From an uncultured Leptospirales bacterium (GTDB lineage: Bacteria > Spirochaetota > UBA4802 > JAFGDQ01), in assembly GCA_964626055.1 (NCBI GenBank), contig CAZVDF010000010.1, positions 5,243 to 69,242 on the forward strand: 64,000 bases of DNA, given 5' to 3'. The notes under the pieces were generated by a model that saw nothing but the letters and a program-made list of their open reading frames with translations, had not been told where the DNA came from and searched no databases. Shown one piece after another: positions 46,520 through 55,422 of the stretch. The translations under genes and the position numbers were made by a program. Positions within the stretch are counted from its first letter, which is position 1; the number at the start of each line of letters is the position of its first letter.

Positions 46520-47452
46520 ATGCAGAAAACATCCATAAAAAGTCACGGAGTAATCGCAGCAATAGGCAATACTCCTCTTGTGGAATTAAAATATCTTAAT
46601 CCGAACAAAAAGATCCGTATAATGGCAAAGCTCGAAGGCTCGAATCCCGGGGGATCGGTTAAGGACAGGCCTGCTTATTACATGCTCAAGAATGCCGTCG
46701 AATCCGGACTTTTAACGAAGAATAAAACGATACTGGAACCGACAAGCGGCAATACGGGCATCGGCCTTGCGATGGTAGGAGCCGCATTGGGGTTTAAAGT
46801 TAAGCTCTGTATGCCGGACTGCGTGTCCTTCGAGCGGAGAGCAATCCTTGAAGCTCTCGGCAGTGAGCTTGTTTTGACCGACGGATCGAAAGGTACCGAC
46901 GGCGCGATCATAATGGCAAAACAAATGCTCAGGGAAAATCCGGAAAAATATTATATGCCGGATCAATTCTCAAATCCATTCAATATACAGTCCCATTACG
47001 AGACCACAGCGCCGGAAATAATAAACCAGACGGGAGGAGATATCGCAGCTTTTGTGGCGGCTCTGGGCACCACCGGAACCCTTATGGGAACATCAAAAAG
47101 ATTCCGCGAATACGACAGAGACATTAGAATAATAGCAATTGAACCTGCGGTGGGGCATACTATTCAGGGATTAAAGAACATGCAGGAATCCATAGTCCCG
47201 GCAATTTATAATCCGGACATGCACGACGAAAAAATTACAGTTACCGATAATGAAGCTTTCGATATGTGCAAACAACTCGCGTTAAAAGAAGGGCTGTTCT
47301 GCGGGATGTCGAGCGGAGCGGCGGTAGCCGGGGTTTTAAAATATGCCGCGCAAATAAAAAGCGGCACAATAGTGACGCTTCTGCCGGACAGGGGAGACCG
47401 GTATCTTTCAACCGCTCTTTTTAAATCCGTATGCGCCAAATGCCCGCCGTAG
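46520..47452 (+). CDS. cysK: cysteine synthase (CysK/CysM family, PLP-dependent)
   Basis: 310 aa. KLEGSNPGGSVKDRPA and TSGNTGIGLA motifs. Confidence 0.85.
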   Translation: MQKTSIKSHGVIAAIGNTPLVELKYLNPNKKIRIMAKLEGSNPGGSVKDRPAYYMLKNAVESGLLTKNKTILEPTSGNTGIGLAMVGAALGFKVKLCMPDCVSFERRAILEALGSELVLTDGSKGTDGAIIMAKQMLRENPEKYYMPDQFSNPFNIQSHYETTAPEIINQTGGDIAAFVAALGTTGTLMGTSKRFREYDRDIRIIAIEPAVGHTIQGLKNMQESIVPAIYNPDMHDEKITVTDNEAFDMCKQLALKEGLFCGMSSGAAVAGVLKYAAQIKSGTIVTLLPDRGDRYLSTALFKSVCAKCPP

Positions 47453-47536
47453 ACAAAGGTGTATTTTCACTTGACTTTTTACAACCGGCATCTATCCATT
47501 TTAAAAATTCAGTATTCTATAAGTACAAATTATTTC

Positions 47537-47695
47537 AAAATAAAATTCCCCGGGGCAAGCCCCCGGTACTAACGTACCGGCTGCCACCTTTGGTGTCGGC
47601 GGGGTATTATGTTTCAAGGCGTTATCGATTTGCTCCGCAAATCGATAGGCTTGCATCCTCGACGCAAGCGTCGAGGTATTACGCCTTGAAATAAA
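47537..47695 (+). repeat. family B element, full copy
   Basis: Collinear with 31174..31331 with scattered substitutions. The H6 stem is perfect here (CCTCGACGC/GCGTCGAGG). Confidence 0.85.
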
Positions 47696-47752
47696 TTTTA
47701 AATTTCCCTCATAAATTAAAAACCAACAGAAAAATATGGAGGCATGCCGGCA

Positions 47753-48733
47753 ATGGATATACAGGCAATTGCTATCAGAGTCGAAAAAGAAAACATAATT
47801 GTCCGAAAGATTCTGGCCGAGATCGAAAAGGCAGTCGTTGGACAGAGAAACCTTCTTGAAAAAATGCTGATAGGGCTTATCTGCGACGGCCATATACTGC
47901 TTGAAGGACTGCCCGGTCTTGCAAAAACTACGGCGGTGCGCGCCCTGGCAGCGGCAATAAGCACTTCTTTCCAGAGAATCCAGTTTACACCCGACCTTCT
48001 GCCTGCGGATATTCTGGGGACTCAAATTTACAGACCGGACAGCGGGAAATTCGAGATACGTAAAGGGCCCATTTTCCATAACATCATCCTCGCCGACGAA
48101 ATAAACCGCGCGCCCGCGAAAGTTCAGAGCGCGCTTCTTGAGGCCATGCAGGAAAGACAGGTAACTATAGGTGAAACGACCTTTGAGCTTGCAAAACCGT
48201 TCCTTGTTCTTGCAACGCAGAACCCTATTGAGCAGGAGGGAACATATCCTCTGCCGGAAGCGCAGATCGACCGTTTTATGATGAAAATAAAAGTCGATTA
48301 TCCCAGCGCCGAGGAAGAAAAAGAAATTATGCAGAGAGCAAATAATCTTTCAATCGCAAATATATCCGGGATTGCATCCGTTGCGGAACTGGGATCCGTC
48401 AGGGAAACAGTCAAATCAATCCACATGGAAGAGAAGATAGTGCAATATATAGTGAATATTTCAAGGGCTACGCGCATGCCCGGAGATTTCGGCCTTAACA
48501 TTGGCTCCATGATACATTACGGCGCTTCGCCGAGAGCGTCCATCTGGCTCGGCGAAGCGAGCCGCGCGCACGCATTCATGGCCGGACGCGGATATGTGAC
48601 GCCCCAGGACGTCAAGACCATGGCGCCGGATATCCTTCGCCACAGGATTATCCTGAGTTACGAAGCGGAAGCCGAAGGCAAAAGCGCGGACGAATTTATC
48701 GCCATGTTCCTGGAAAGGATAGAAGTGCCGTAA
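47753..48733 (+). CDS. moxR: MoxR-family AAA+ ATPase
   Basis: ORF from 47744. ATG at 47753 lies 10 nt after GGAGG. Walker A GLPGLAKT, Walker B ILADEINRA. Confidence 0.9.
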   Translation: MDIQAIAIRVEKENIIVRKILAEIEKAVVGQRNLLEKMLIGLICDGHILLEGLPGLAKTTAVRALAAAISTSFQRIQFTPDLLPADILGTQIYRPDSGKFEIRKGPIFHNIILADEINRAPAKVQSALLEAMQERQVTIGETTFELAKPFLVLATQNPIEQEGTYPLPEAQIDRFMMKIKVDYPSAEEEKEIMQRANNLSIANISGIASVAELGSVRETVKSIHMEEKIVQYIVNISRATRMPGDFGLNIGSMIHYGASPRASIWLGEASRAHAFMAGRGYVTPQDVKTMAPDILRHRIILSYEAEAEGKSADEFIAMFLERIEVP

Positions 48734-48737
48734 TTAT

Positions 48738-49613
48738 ATGATCCAGCAGGAAATATTCAAAAAGATACAGACTCTGCATTTCAAAACAAGGCGCATGGCA
48801 AGCGATCTTTTCGCAGGACGCTATGTAAGCGCTTTTAAAGGCCGCGGGATGGAGTTTGCGGAAGTCCGCGAGTATTGTCCGGGAGACGATATCCGCACCA
48901 TAGACTGGAATGTGAGCGCCCGCTACGGGCACCCTTTCGTGAAGGTATTTCACGAAGAGCGGGAACTTACGGTGATACTCATGCTGGATATTTCCGGATC
49001 GCATTCATTCGGCACGCGGAATAAACTGAAACGCGAACTTCTGGCGGAAGCCGCAGGCATGCTCGCGTTCCTCGCTATCAGGACAAATGACAAAGTCGGG
49101 GCGCTGTTATTCAGCTCTGGCGTTGAAAAATACATCCCTCCGAAAAAGGGCGCCACTCACGTATGGAGAGTTATAAAGGAAATATTCACATATGAGCCGC
49201 GCGAAACAAAAACCAGCCTGAATGAAGCTCTGACTTTTTTAAACAGAGCCGTGAAACGCCATGCTATCGTATTTTTAATATCAGACTGTATCGATGAAGG
49301 ATTCGAGAAACCGCTGCGGCTTGCCGCAAAAAAGCACCAGCTTACCGTAATCCGGCTAACCGATCCGGCTGAAATAAGACTGCCCGACGCCGGGCCGGTA
49401 AGGCTTAAGGATCCGGAAACAGGAGAAAATGTCATTATAAATTCTTCAAAAAAAACGACAAGACAGCTCTGGACGGAATACGTGTATAGAGAGAGAAGAA
49501 AGCTCAACGACCTGCTCAACGCGACCGGCGTCGATCTCGTCGAACTTTATACGGATAAAGACGTAGTAGAACCGCTTATGCGGCTTTTTGAGATTAAAGG
49601 CAGAAGACAATGA
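48738..49613 (+). CDS. DUF58-family protein (MoxR partner)
   Basis: 291 aa. EFAEVREYCPGDDIRTIDWNVSAR motif typical for DUF58. Confidence 0.85.
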   Translation: MIQQEIFKKIQTLHFKTRRMASDLFAGRYVSAFKGRGMEFAEVREYCPGDDIRTIDWNVSARYGHPFVKVFHEERELTVILMLDISGSHSFGTRNKLKRELLAEAAGMLAFLAIRTNDKVGALLFSSGVEKYIPPKKGATHVWRVIKEIFTYEPRETKTSLNEALTFLNRAVKRHAIVFLISDCIDEGFEKPLRLAAKKHQLTVIRLTDPAEIRLPDAGPVRLKDPETGENVIINSSKKTTRQLWTEYVYRERRKLNDLLNATGVDLVELYTDKDVVEPLMRLFEIKGRRQ

Positions 49614-50623
49614 TCAGGAGAATATTCACATTTCTTATTCTCTCATTAGTATTCACTGTCTGCGAGAGCGGCGTTAATAACGATGCCTCTAAAGAAGCAG
49701 GCACTTTGAAGGAAAATACGCCGGCACATGACCGGATCCCGAAAATTTACACTTCTACAGATAAATCAAAAGCGTATGTCGGGGATATTATTAATCTATC
49801 AGTTAAATATTTTATACCGGGAAGCAGCACTTTCAGTCCCGATACGGATTTAACAGGGCTAGACGGCCTTACAATAACAGGGAAAAAATCCGCAAAAGGA
49901 GAAATAACCCTTAAGATTATCATAGATAAAACTGCATCATTCGATATCGGGCCAGTAAATCTTTCCTTTAAAGACAGCAAGGGCATTCAAAACATTATCA
50001 GAAGTGAAACGTTGCATATCGAGGTATTGTCCAATCTCGGAGACAGGCCGTCGGAAGCGCAGCTCAAGCCGATAATGGACATTATACCAACATATCCATT
50101 TATACTAAGAATGCTGCCGTGGCTGGCCGGGTTTCTGGTTTTAGCCGCCGCATGTATAGGATTTTATATCTGGAAAAGCAGAGAAAGGAAAAAAGCCGAA
50201 GCATTAAAAGAGATAAAACCTGCTCATGTTATTGCCGGGGAAGAGATCGAAAAATTGAAAGCTATGAATCTCTTTGAAAAAGGCCGGCATAAAGAGTTCT
50301 ATTTCAGGTTCTCCGAAATATTACGCAGGTACCTTGAAAATCTCAGGGGATTTCCTGCTGTTGAACTGACCACTGAAGAAATTGCGCGCAGGATAAAAAC
50401 GGACGCGGACAGGAAGCTTGTGACGGTTCTGCGCGAAGCCGATCTAATAAAATTTGCGGACGCAATACCGACAAAAGCAAAAAGCGAAGAAGATATAAGA
50501 GCGGCGCTGAAGTACATAAAAGCGACAACACCGGCAGAGACGGCTAGCCCCCTAAATCCCCCTAAAGGGGGACTTAATATCCAAAAACCTACTATAAATG
50601 GTAAGGTAAAGAGAGTAAATTGA
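49610..50623 (+). CDS. Bat-operon orf3-type lipoprotein/membrane protein (DUF4381-like C-terminal half)
   Basis: Lipobox LVFTVC, central TM helix, and position between DUF58 and batA. The 3' end contains a family-C repeat. Confidence 0.6.
   Translation: MIRRIFTFLILSLVFTVCESGVNNDASKEAGTLKENTPAHDRIPKIYTSTDKSKAYVGDIINLSVKYFIPGSSTFSPDTDLTGLDGLTITGKKSAKGEITLKIIIDKTASFDIGPVNLSFKDSKGIQNIIRSETLHIEVLSNLGDRPSEAQLKPIMDIIPTYPFILRMLPWLAGFLVLAAACIGFYIWKSRERKKAEALKEIKPAHVIAGEEIEKLKAMNLFEKGRHKEFYFRFSEILRRYLENLRGFPAVELTTEEIARRIKTDADRKLVTVLREADLIKFADAIPTKAKSEEDIRAALKYIKATTPAETASPLNPPKGGLNIQKPTINGKVKRVN
50547..50571 (+). repeat. family C-like hairpin inside the 3' end of the Bat orf3 CDS
   Basis: GCCCCCTAAATCCCCCTAAAGGGGGAC, translated as SPLNPPKGGL. 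Confidence 0.55.
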
Positions 50624-50624
50624 A

Positions 50625-51620
50625 ATGAATTTTACTTTTGCATACAAGCCAATGCTGCTATTATTTCTCCCGGCAGCTCTATGGGTATATTTAAAATATA
50701 AAAACGGCAGCCGCAGCATAAACTTTTCGCTTACGCACACGCTTTCGAAATTCACCGGGACTTTTGAAAAATCGATAGGCAGCGTTCCGTTAATACTGCG
50801 AGCAACAATACTTGTTCTTATGGTATTGGCAGCCGCAAGGCCGCAGCTGTACAATATATCAGCGGACACGCGCTCCCGGGGAGTCGACATTATTCTCTGC
50901 CTGGACGCGTCCGGCACAATGCGCGCCCTCGACTTTACGCTTAACGGCAATCGCGTGACAAGGCTTACTGCAGTAAAAAAAGTTGTATCCGATTTCATCA
51001 GAAAGCGCGAGCACGACAGGATAGGGCTTGTAGTCTTCGGAACGGACGCTTACACGCAGTCGCCGCTTACGATGGACAAGGGTCTGCTGCTCGCGCTCGT
51101 CGACAGGCTCGAGATCGGGATGGCGGGAGACAGGACTGCAGTCGGGTCCGCGATCGCGGTCGGGGGCAAACGCCTCAAGGATCTCGAAGCAAAATCGAAA
51201 ATACTTATCGTGCTTACCGACGGGAGGAACAATACCGGGAGCGTAAGCCCGGAACTGGCAGCCGAAGCGGTAAAAGCTTTCGGCGTGAAGATATACGCGA
51301 TCGGGGTAGGCGGCAAAGGCCCTGCACCCGTTGTCGAGCAGACACCCTTCGGGCCTCAGGTTATGTATATCCAGGAAGACCTCGACGAGGAAGCGCTTCA
51401 GAAAATCGCCGGCATCGGCAGCGGCCGTTATTTCCGGGCGAGCGACAGCAAGAAGCTTGCGGAGATATATGATATAATCGACAAAGCGGAAAAAACGGAG
51501 ATTAAACAAAAAGAATATTTCAACTTCCGGGAATTATACCTGTATTTTCTGATTCCGGCATTTATTTTACTGCTTATTGAAGTCATACTGCAAACAACAA
51601 TATTAAGGATAATTCCATGA
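50625..51620 (+). CDS. batA: BatA-type von Willebrand factor A membrane protein
   Basis: 331 aa. N- and C-terminal TM helices. VWA MIDAS DASGTM. Confidence 0.85.
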   Translation: MNFTFAYKPMLLLFLPAALWVYLKYKNGSRSINFSLTHTLSKFTGTFEKSIGSVPLILRATILVLMVLAAARPQLYNISADTRSRGVDIILCLDASGTMRALDFTLNGNRVTRLTAVKKVVSDFIRKREHDRIGLVVFGTDAYTQSPLTMDKGLLLALVDRLEIGMAGDRTAVGSAIAVGGKRLKDLEAKSKILIVLTDGRNNTGSVSPELAAEAVKAFGVKIYAIGVGGKGPAPVVEQTPFGPQVMYIQEDLDEEALQKIAGIGSGRYFRASDSKKLAEIYDIIDKAEKTEIKQKEYFNFRELYLYFLIPAFILLLIEVILQTTILRIIP

Positions 51621-52672
51621 GCTTTAATAATTTATGGGCGCTTAATTTTTTATGGATTGTTCCCCTGGTCGTCCTGGCTATGATATTCTCCCTGCGGAAA
51701 AAAAGACAAATATTAAAAAATTTTGCGGACATCAAACTCCTTTCAAAGCTTACAGGGGAAGAGAATAATACAAAAACATACATAAAAATTATCCTTCTGG
51801 TGATTTCCTTTATTCTTATTATTTTCGGCCTTGCAGGGCCCAGATGGGGAAGCCATTACCAGGAAGTGAGCCGGCAGGGAGTCGATATCATGATAGCGGT
51901 AGACGTATCATCCAGCATGCTCGCTCAGGACGTAAAACCGAACAGAATGGAAAATGCAAAAAGAGAGATACGGGATTTCATTAAAGTTATACAGGGAGAC
52001 AGGATAGGGCTTGTCGCTTTTGCGGGAGCGGCATTTGTACAATGCCCGCTCACTCTCGATTACGGAGCATTGCAGATGTTCCTTTCGGATCTGGGCCCTG
52101 ACCTTATCCCTGTCTCAGGAACCGACATAGGAGCCGCCATCGATACGGCGGCATCCTCTTTTGACGACAAATCCAATACTGACAGGGTTGTTCTTCTCAT
52201 TACAGACGGAGAAGACAACGAAGGAAGAGGCATCAAGGCAGCCGGGAATGCCGCTGGAAAAAACATCAGGATATTCATATTCGGGACGGGAGACCCTGCC
52301 GGCGCTCCCGTGCCCGCAACCGACGGCTCCGGGGGTTTCATAAAAGACAGCCGCGGCAACATGGTTCTCTCCAGGCTGGATGAAGAAGGATTGACCGGAA
52401 TAGCAACCGCGTCCGGAGGCGGATATGTAAGATCCGCGCCGGGAGATCTTGATCTTGACATGCTTTACTACAGCGGCATAAAATTCAAGACTGAAGCAAA
52501 AACATTAAAGAGCGGCAAAATAAAAGTTTACGAAGAGCGCTTCATGATATTTATATTTGTCGCTATAATACTGCTTTTAATCGAAGGATTTGTTGATATA
52601 AATTTGAGAAGTAGATCTGGGAAATCCCATGGGAGCATTAAAAATTATCTTAAAATGATTTTAATGAAATAA
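51617..52672 (+). CDS. batB: BatB-type von Willebrand factor A membrane protein
   Basis: 351 aa. VWA MIDAS DVSSSM. 4-nt overlap with batA. Confidence 0.85.
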   Translation: MSFNNLWALNFLWIVPLVVLAMIFSLRKKRQILKNFADIKLLSKLTGEENNTKTYIKIILLVISFILIIFGLAGPRWGSHYQEVSRQGVDIMIAVDVSSSMLAQDVKPNRMENAKREIRDFIKVIQGDRIGLVAFAGAAFVQCPLTLDYGALQMFLSDLGPDLIPVSGTDIGAAIDTAASSFDDKSNTDRVVLLITDGEDNEGRGIKAAGNAAGKNIRIFIFGTGDPAGAPVPATDGSGGFIKDSRGNMVLSRLDEEGLTGIATASGGGYVRSAPGDLDLDMLYYSGIKFKTEAKTLKSGKIKVYEERFMIFIFVAIILLLIEGFVDINLRSRSGKSHGSIKNYLKMILMK

Positions 52673-52687
52673 TACAATTCAAATTTA

Positions 52688-53452
52688 ATGATTTTTATGC
52701 TAAATCCGACGAAATACATATTACTTTTAATTATTCTATCTTTTGCTTCTTCTGCATTCGCGAAGAACGCCGACGATCTTTACAGGGACGGCAATTTCGC
52801 CGAGGCGGAAAAAAAATATGAACAGGGGGACCTAGAGGATCCGAAAGATCTGCGCTGGCGCTACAACAAAGGATGCGCGGCTTATCAGAAAAAGGATTAC
52901 GAGGCGGCGGAGGCAGCGTTTACAAGCGTGCTTCGCAGAGCCAGAGATAAGGAAATGCTGTCGAGGGCGGCCTACAATCTCGGCAACACGGCTTTTGCGC
53001 AGAACGACTTCAGCGCGGCTGCGGACTTCTACAGGCAGGCGATCGTTTATGATCCGAATAATCCGGACGCAAAATATAATCTTGAATTGTCCCTGAAAAA
53101 AATGGAAGAAGCGAAAAAGAACCCGGATAACAGGAATAACAAAAACGACAAAAAGGTCAATCAAAAAGACAGTCAAAAATCCCGGCAAGATGACACCGGC
53201 AAACAGGATCAAAAAGGAAAAGAAAATCCGGATAAATCCGAAGACAGGCAAAATCCTGGAGACATGTCGGGCGATTTGAAATCCGCAAAACCCATGGGTG
53301 ACAGGCCGAAACAGGAGCTCTCTCCCGCGCAAATACTCGAAAGAAAAAAAGCAGAAGCTTTGCTTGACAATATAAAGGAAGACCGTGCTAAGATAATGCA
53401 ACATCAGACGAAAGAGGTGAAAAAGAAAGCCGGATCCGGAAAGAACTGGTAA
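52688..53452 (+). CDS. batC: BatC-type TPR protein with Lys/Asp-rich tail
   Basis: Signal peptide, TPR repeats and a low-complexity charged C-terminus. Confidence 0.75.
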   Translation: MIFMLNPTKYILLLIILSFASSAFAKNADDLYRDGNFAEAEKKYEQGDLEDPKDLRWRYNKGCAAYQKKDYEAAEAAFTSVLRRARDKEMLSRAAYNLGNTAFAQNDFSAAADFYRQAIVYDPNNPDAKYNLELSLKKMEEAKKNPDNRNNKNDKKVNQKDSQKSRQDDTGKQDQKGKENPDKSEDRQNPGDMSGDLKSAKPMGDRPKQELSPAQILERKKAEALLDNIKEDRAKIMQHQTKEVKKKAGSGKNW

Positions 53453-53459
53453 TATAACC

Positions 53460-53662
53460 GGACTCCGTCTCATCAATATTAACTTTGATGAGTAAGTAGC
53501 AATATATCGGAATACATTACAAAATTTACTCCGGAATCAGGCCTTCCTGGTTAGTTTTTTATGTTTTCGAAAGCTGCTGCATCAGGCCTGAAAGGCGTCC
53601 TCATAAATTCTGTAATGTATTCCGATTTATCAAAGTATAAAATCAAATTTTGAGATGATTCC
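53460..53662 (+). repeat. family A element, copy 4 (inner hairpin 53506..53626), between batC and batD
   Basis: Right terminus AAATTTTGAGATGATTCC; left terminus degenerate. Inner stem ATCGGAATACATTACAAAATTTA and its complement. Subfamily-2 core. Confidence 0.8.
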
Positions 53663-53682
53663 AAATTTAATTTTACAAGCAA

Positions 53683-55422
53683 ATGAATTTATTATACAAA
53701 AATAAAATAATTTTCATTTTAATTCTGCTATTAGCCATGCAGGCATACGCAATTGCGGACATTGCCGTTTCATTGAAACTTAACCGATACGAAGCTTCAA
53801 TAACGGACGCGATTAAAATGACGGTAAGCATATCCGGGTCGAGGGACGCAGACGCTCCGCTGATAAAAGGGATCGAAAATTTTGTTGCGCAAAATGCCGG
53901 CAGATCAAGCCGGGTACAGATCGTTAACGGACGCGTAAATTCAAGTCTTGACTTCACATACTTTCTTCAGCCGAAGCGCGCCGGCATATTCGACATCGGC
54001 CCCGTAACCGTAAAAGTGGAAGGGAAAATTTACCAGAGCGCTTCCGTGAAATTAATCGTAAAAACTTCTCTGGATCATAAGAACGGGGACAATATACCTG
54101 CTTTTATGAGCGCAACCGTATCTTCAAGAAGAGTCTATCTTGAAGAACAGATCCAATACACAATAAGACTTTATCATTTAAGCGATGTTTCGAATGTTTC
54201 TCTCAGCATGCCCGAAGCAGACGGGATTGAATTCAAACAAATAGGCAAGCCTGCGGAATACAATACGGTTTACAATTCGAGAAATTACCAGGTTTTCGAA
54301 ATAAAATATTCACTCATTCCGTCAAAGACCGGCAGGCTGAATATCAATTCTGCAAAAATGAGCATGGTTGCGCATTCCAGGCACAGGCTCCAGGATGACG
54401 ATGATTATTTTTCGATGGATGACTTTTTTGCTAACGCAAGGGGGAGACAGATTACGCTCGCAAGCAACTCTGTAGTTCTGGATGTACTGACCGTGCCTGA
54501 AACAGGAAAACCGGCGGACTACGCAGGCCTTGTCGGATCTTACAGCATCACATCCGAACTCGCTCCGGCCCGCATTAAAGCAGGCGAGTCCGCGACTCTG
54601 ACGGTTACCGTGAGAGGCTCCGGCAATGTAAACAGAATACCTGATCTTAGAATGCCGGATATAAAGGATGCGAAGGTTTACGCGGATGAGCCGAAGCTGG
54701 AAGTCCGGCAAAGCGAGAAAGGAATTGAGGGCATAAAGACAATGAAATGGGCCATTGTGCCCGGCAGGCAGGGACGGTATACTATTCCTCCAGTATCCTT
54801 GGCTTATTTCGATACCTTAAACGGGTATTACAGCAGGATCGGCACCAGGCCGTTCGCGCTTTATGCCGATCCCGGAACGGGGATCATAGCTCAATCTCCG
54901 TTCGCAAAGGAGAGATCGTCAAGATACGGTAAAAATGAAGTGGAGGAGATCGGAAAAGACATTCTTCCGATTCACAGATCGGCCATCGACCTGTCAAAAG
55001 AATCCGGGCAGGCGATCGGTTGGATTTCATGGATGTTGCTGGTTTTGCCTGCTCTTTTATCCGGCGCTATTCTTGCAGGTTATAAAATTACAGGCAAAAA
55101 TTCAGTAAAATTCAAATCGTACGGAGCTGCAAAAATTTTTTTTAAAATATGCGAAGATAAGGAGCTAAGCGCCGAAAAGCTTTCAAATGCCATGCGCGAA
55201 TATTTTAACGGACGTTTCGCTTTGGAACTGGGCACTCTTGCGCCGAAAGACGCATCCGATATCCTGAAGGAAAAAGGATGCGAGGAAGATACCGCTGACC
55301 AGATGGAATGGATAATAAAAAAAATAGAGACTTTGATCTACACGGGGAAAGGGAAAGATCCGTGCGATCTGTCCGTGGAAGCCGTACTTATCGTCAAAAG
55401 CATCGAAAAGGAGATTAAGTGA
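53683..55422 (+). CDS. batD: BatD-type (oxygen-tolerance) protein
   Basis: 579 aa. Signal peptide, repeated Ig-like modules and a late TM helix. Position in the operon. Confidence 0.75.
   Translation: MNLLYKNKIIFILILLLAMQAYAIADIAVSLKLNRYEASITDAIKMTVSISGSRDADAPLIKGIENFVAQNAGRSSRVQIVNGRVNSSLDFTYFLQPKRAGIFDIGPVTVKVEGKIYQSASVKLIVKTSLDHKNGDNIPAFMSATVSSRRVYLEEQIQYTIRLYHLSDVSNVSLSMPEADGIEFKQIGKPAEYNTVYNSRNYQVFEIKYSLIPSKTGRLNINSAKMSMVAHSRHRLQDDDDYFSMDDFFANARGRQITLASNSVVLDVLTVPETGKPADYAGLVGSYSITSELAPARIKAGESATLTVTVRGSGNVNRIPDLRMPDIKDAKVYADEPKLEVRQSEKGIEGIKTMKWAIVPGRQGRYTIPPVSLAYFDTLNGYYSRIGTRPFALYADPGTGIIAQSPFAKERSSRYGKNEVEEIGKDILPIHRSAIDLSKESGQAIGWISWMLLVLPALLSGAILAGYKITGKNSVKFKSYGAAKIFFKICEDKELSAEKLSNAMREYFNGRFALELGTLAPKDASDILKEKGCEEDTADQMEWIIKKIETLIYTGKGKDPCDLSVEAVLIVKSIEKEIK

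Noticed and set aside
47431-48079. ORFs 47431-47694 (+) and 47501-48079 (-) spanning the cysK-moxR spacer
   Set aside because: They run through the family B repeat and overlap moxR antisense. The same repeat-derived pseudo-ORF appears at the other B copy (31305-31505), which indicates repeat sequence and not a gene.
50859-51509. 216-aa ORF on the minus strand. The same applies to 2133-2789, 18665-19273, 5602-6160 and 16687-17124.
   Set aside because: All are antisense to confidently identified genes (batA, cobA/hemD, the DRTGG protein, hemB, ACD). I treat them as shadow ORFs.
52832-53476. 214-aa ORF on the minus strand
   Set aside because: It is antisense to batC, which has a signal peptide and TPR repeats and fits operon order. 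The ORF is a shadow of the Lys/Asp-rich, purine-rich coding strand.
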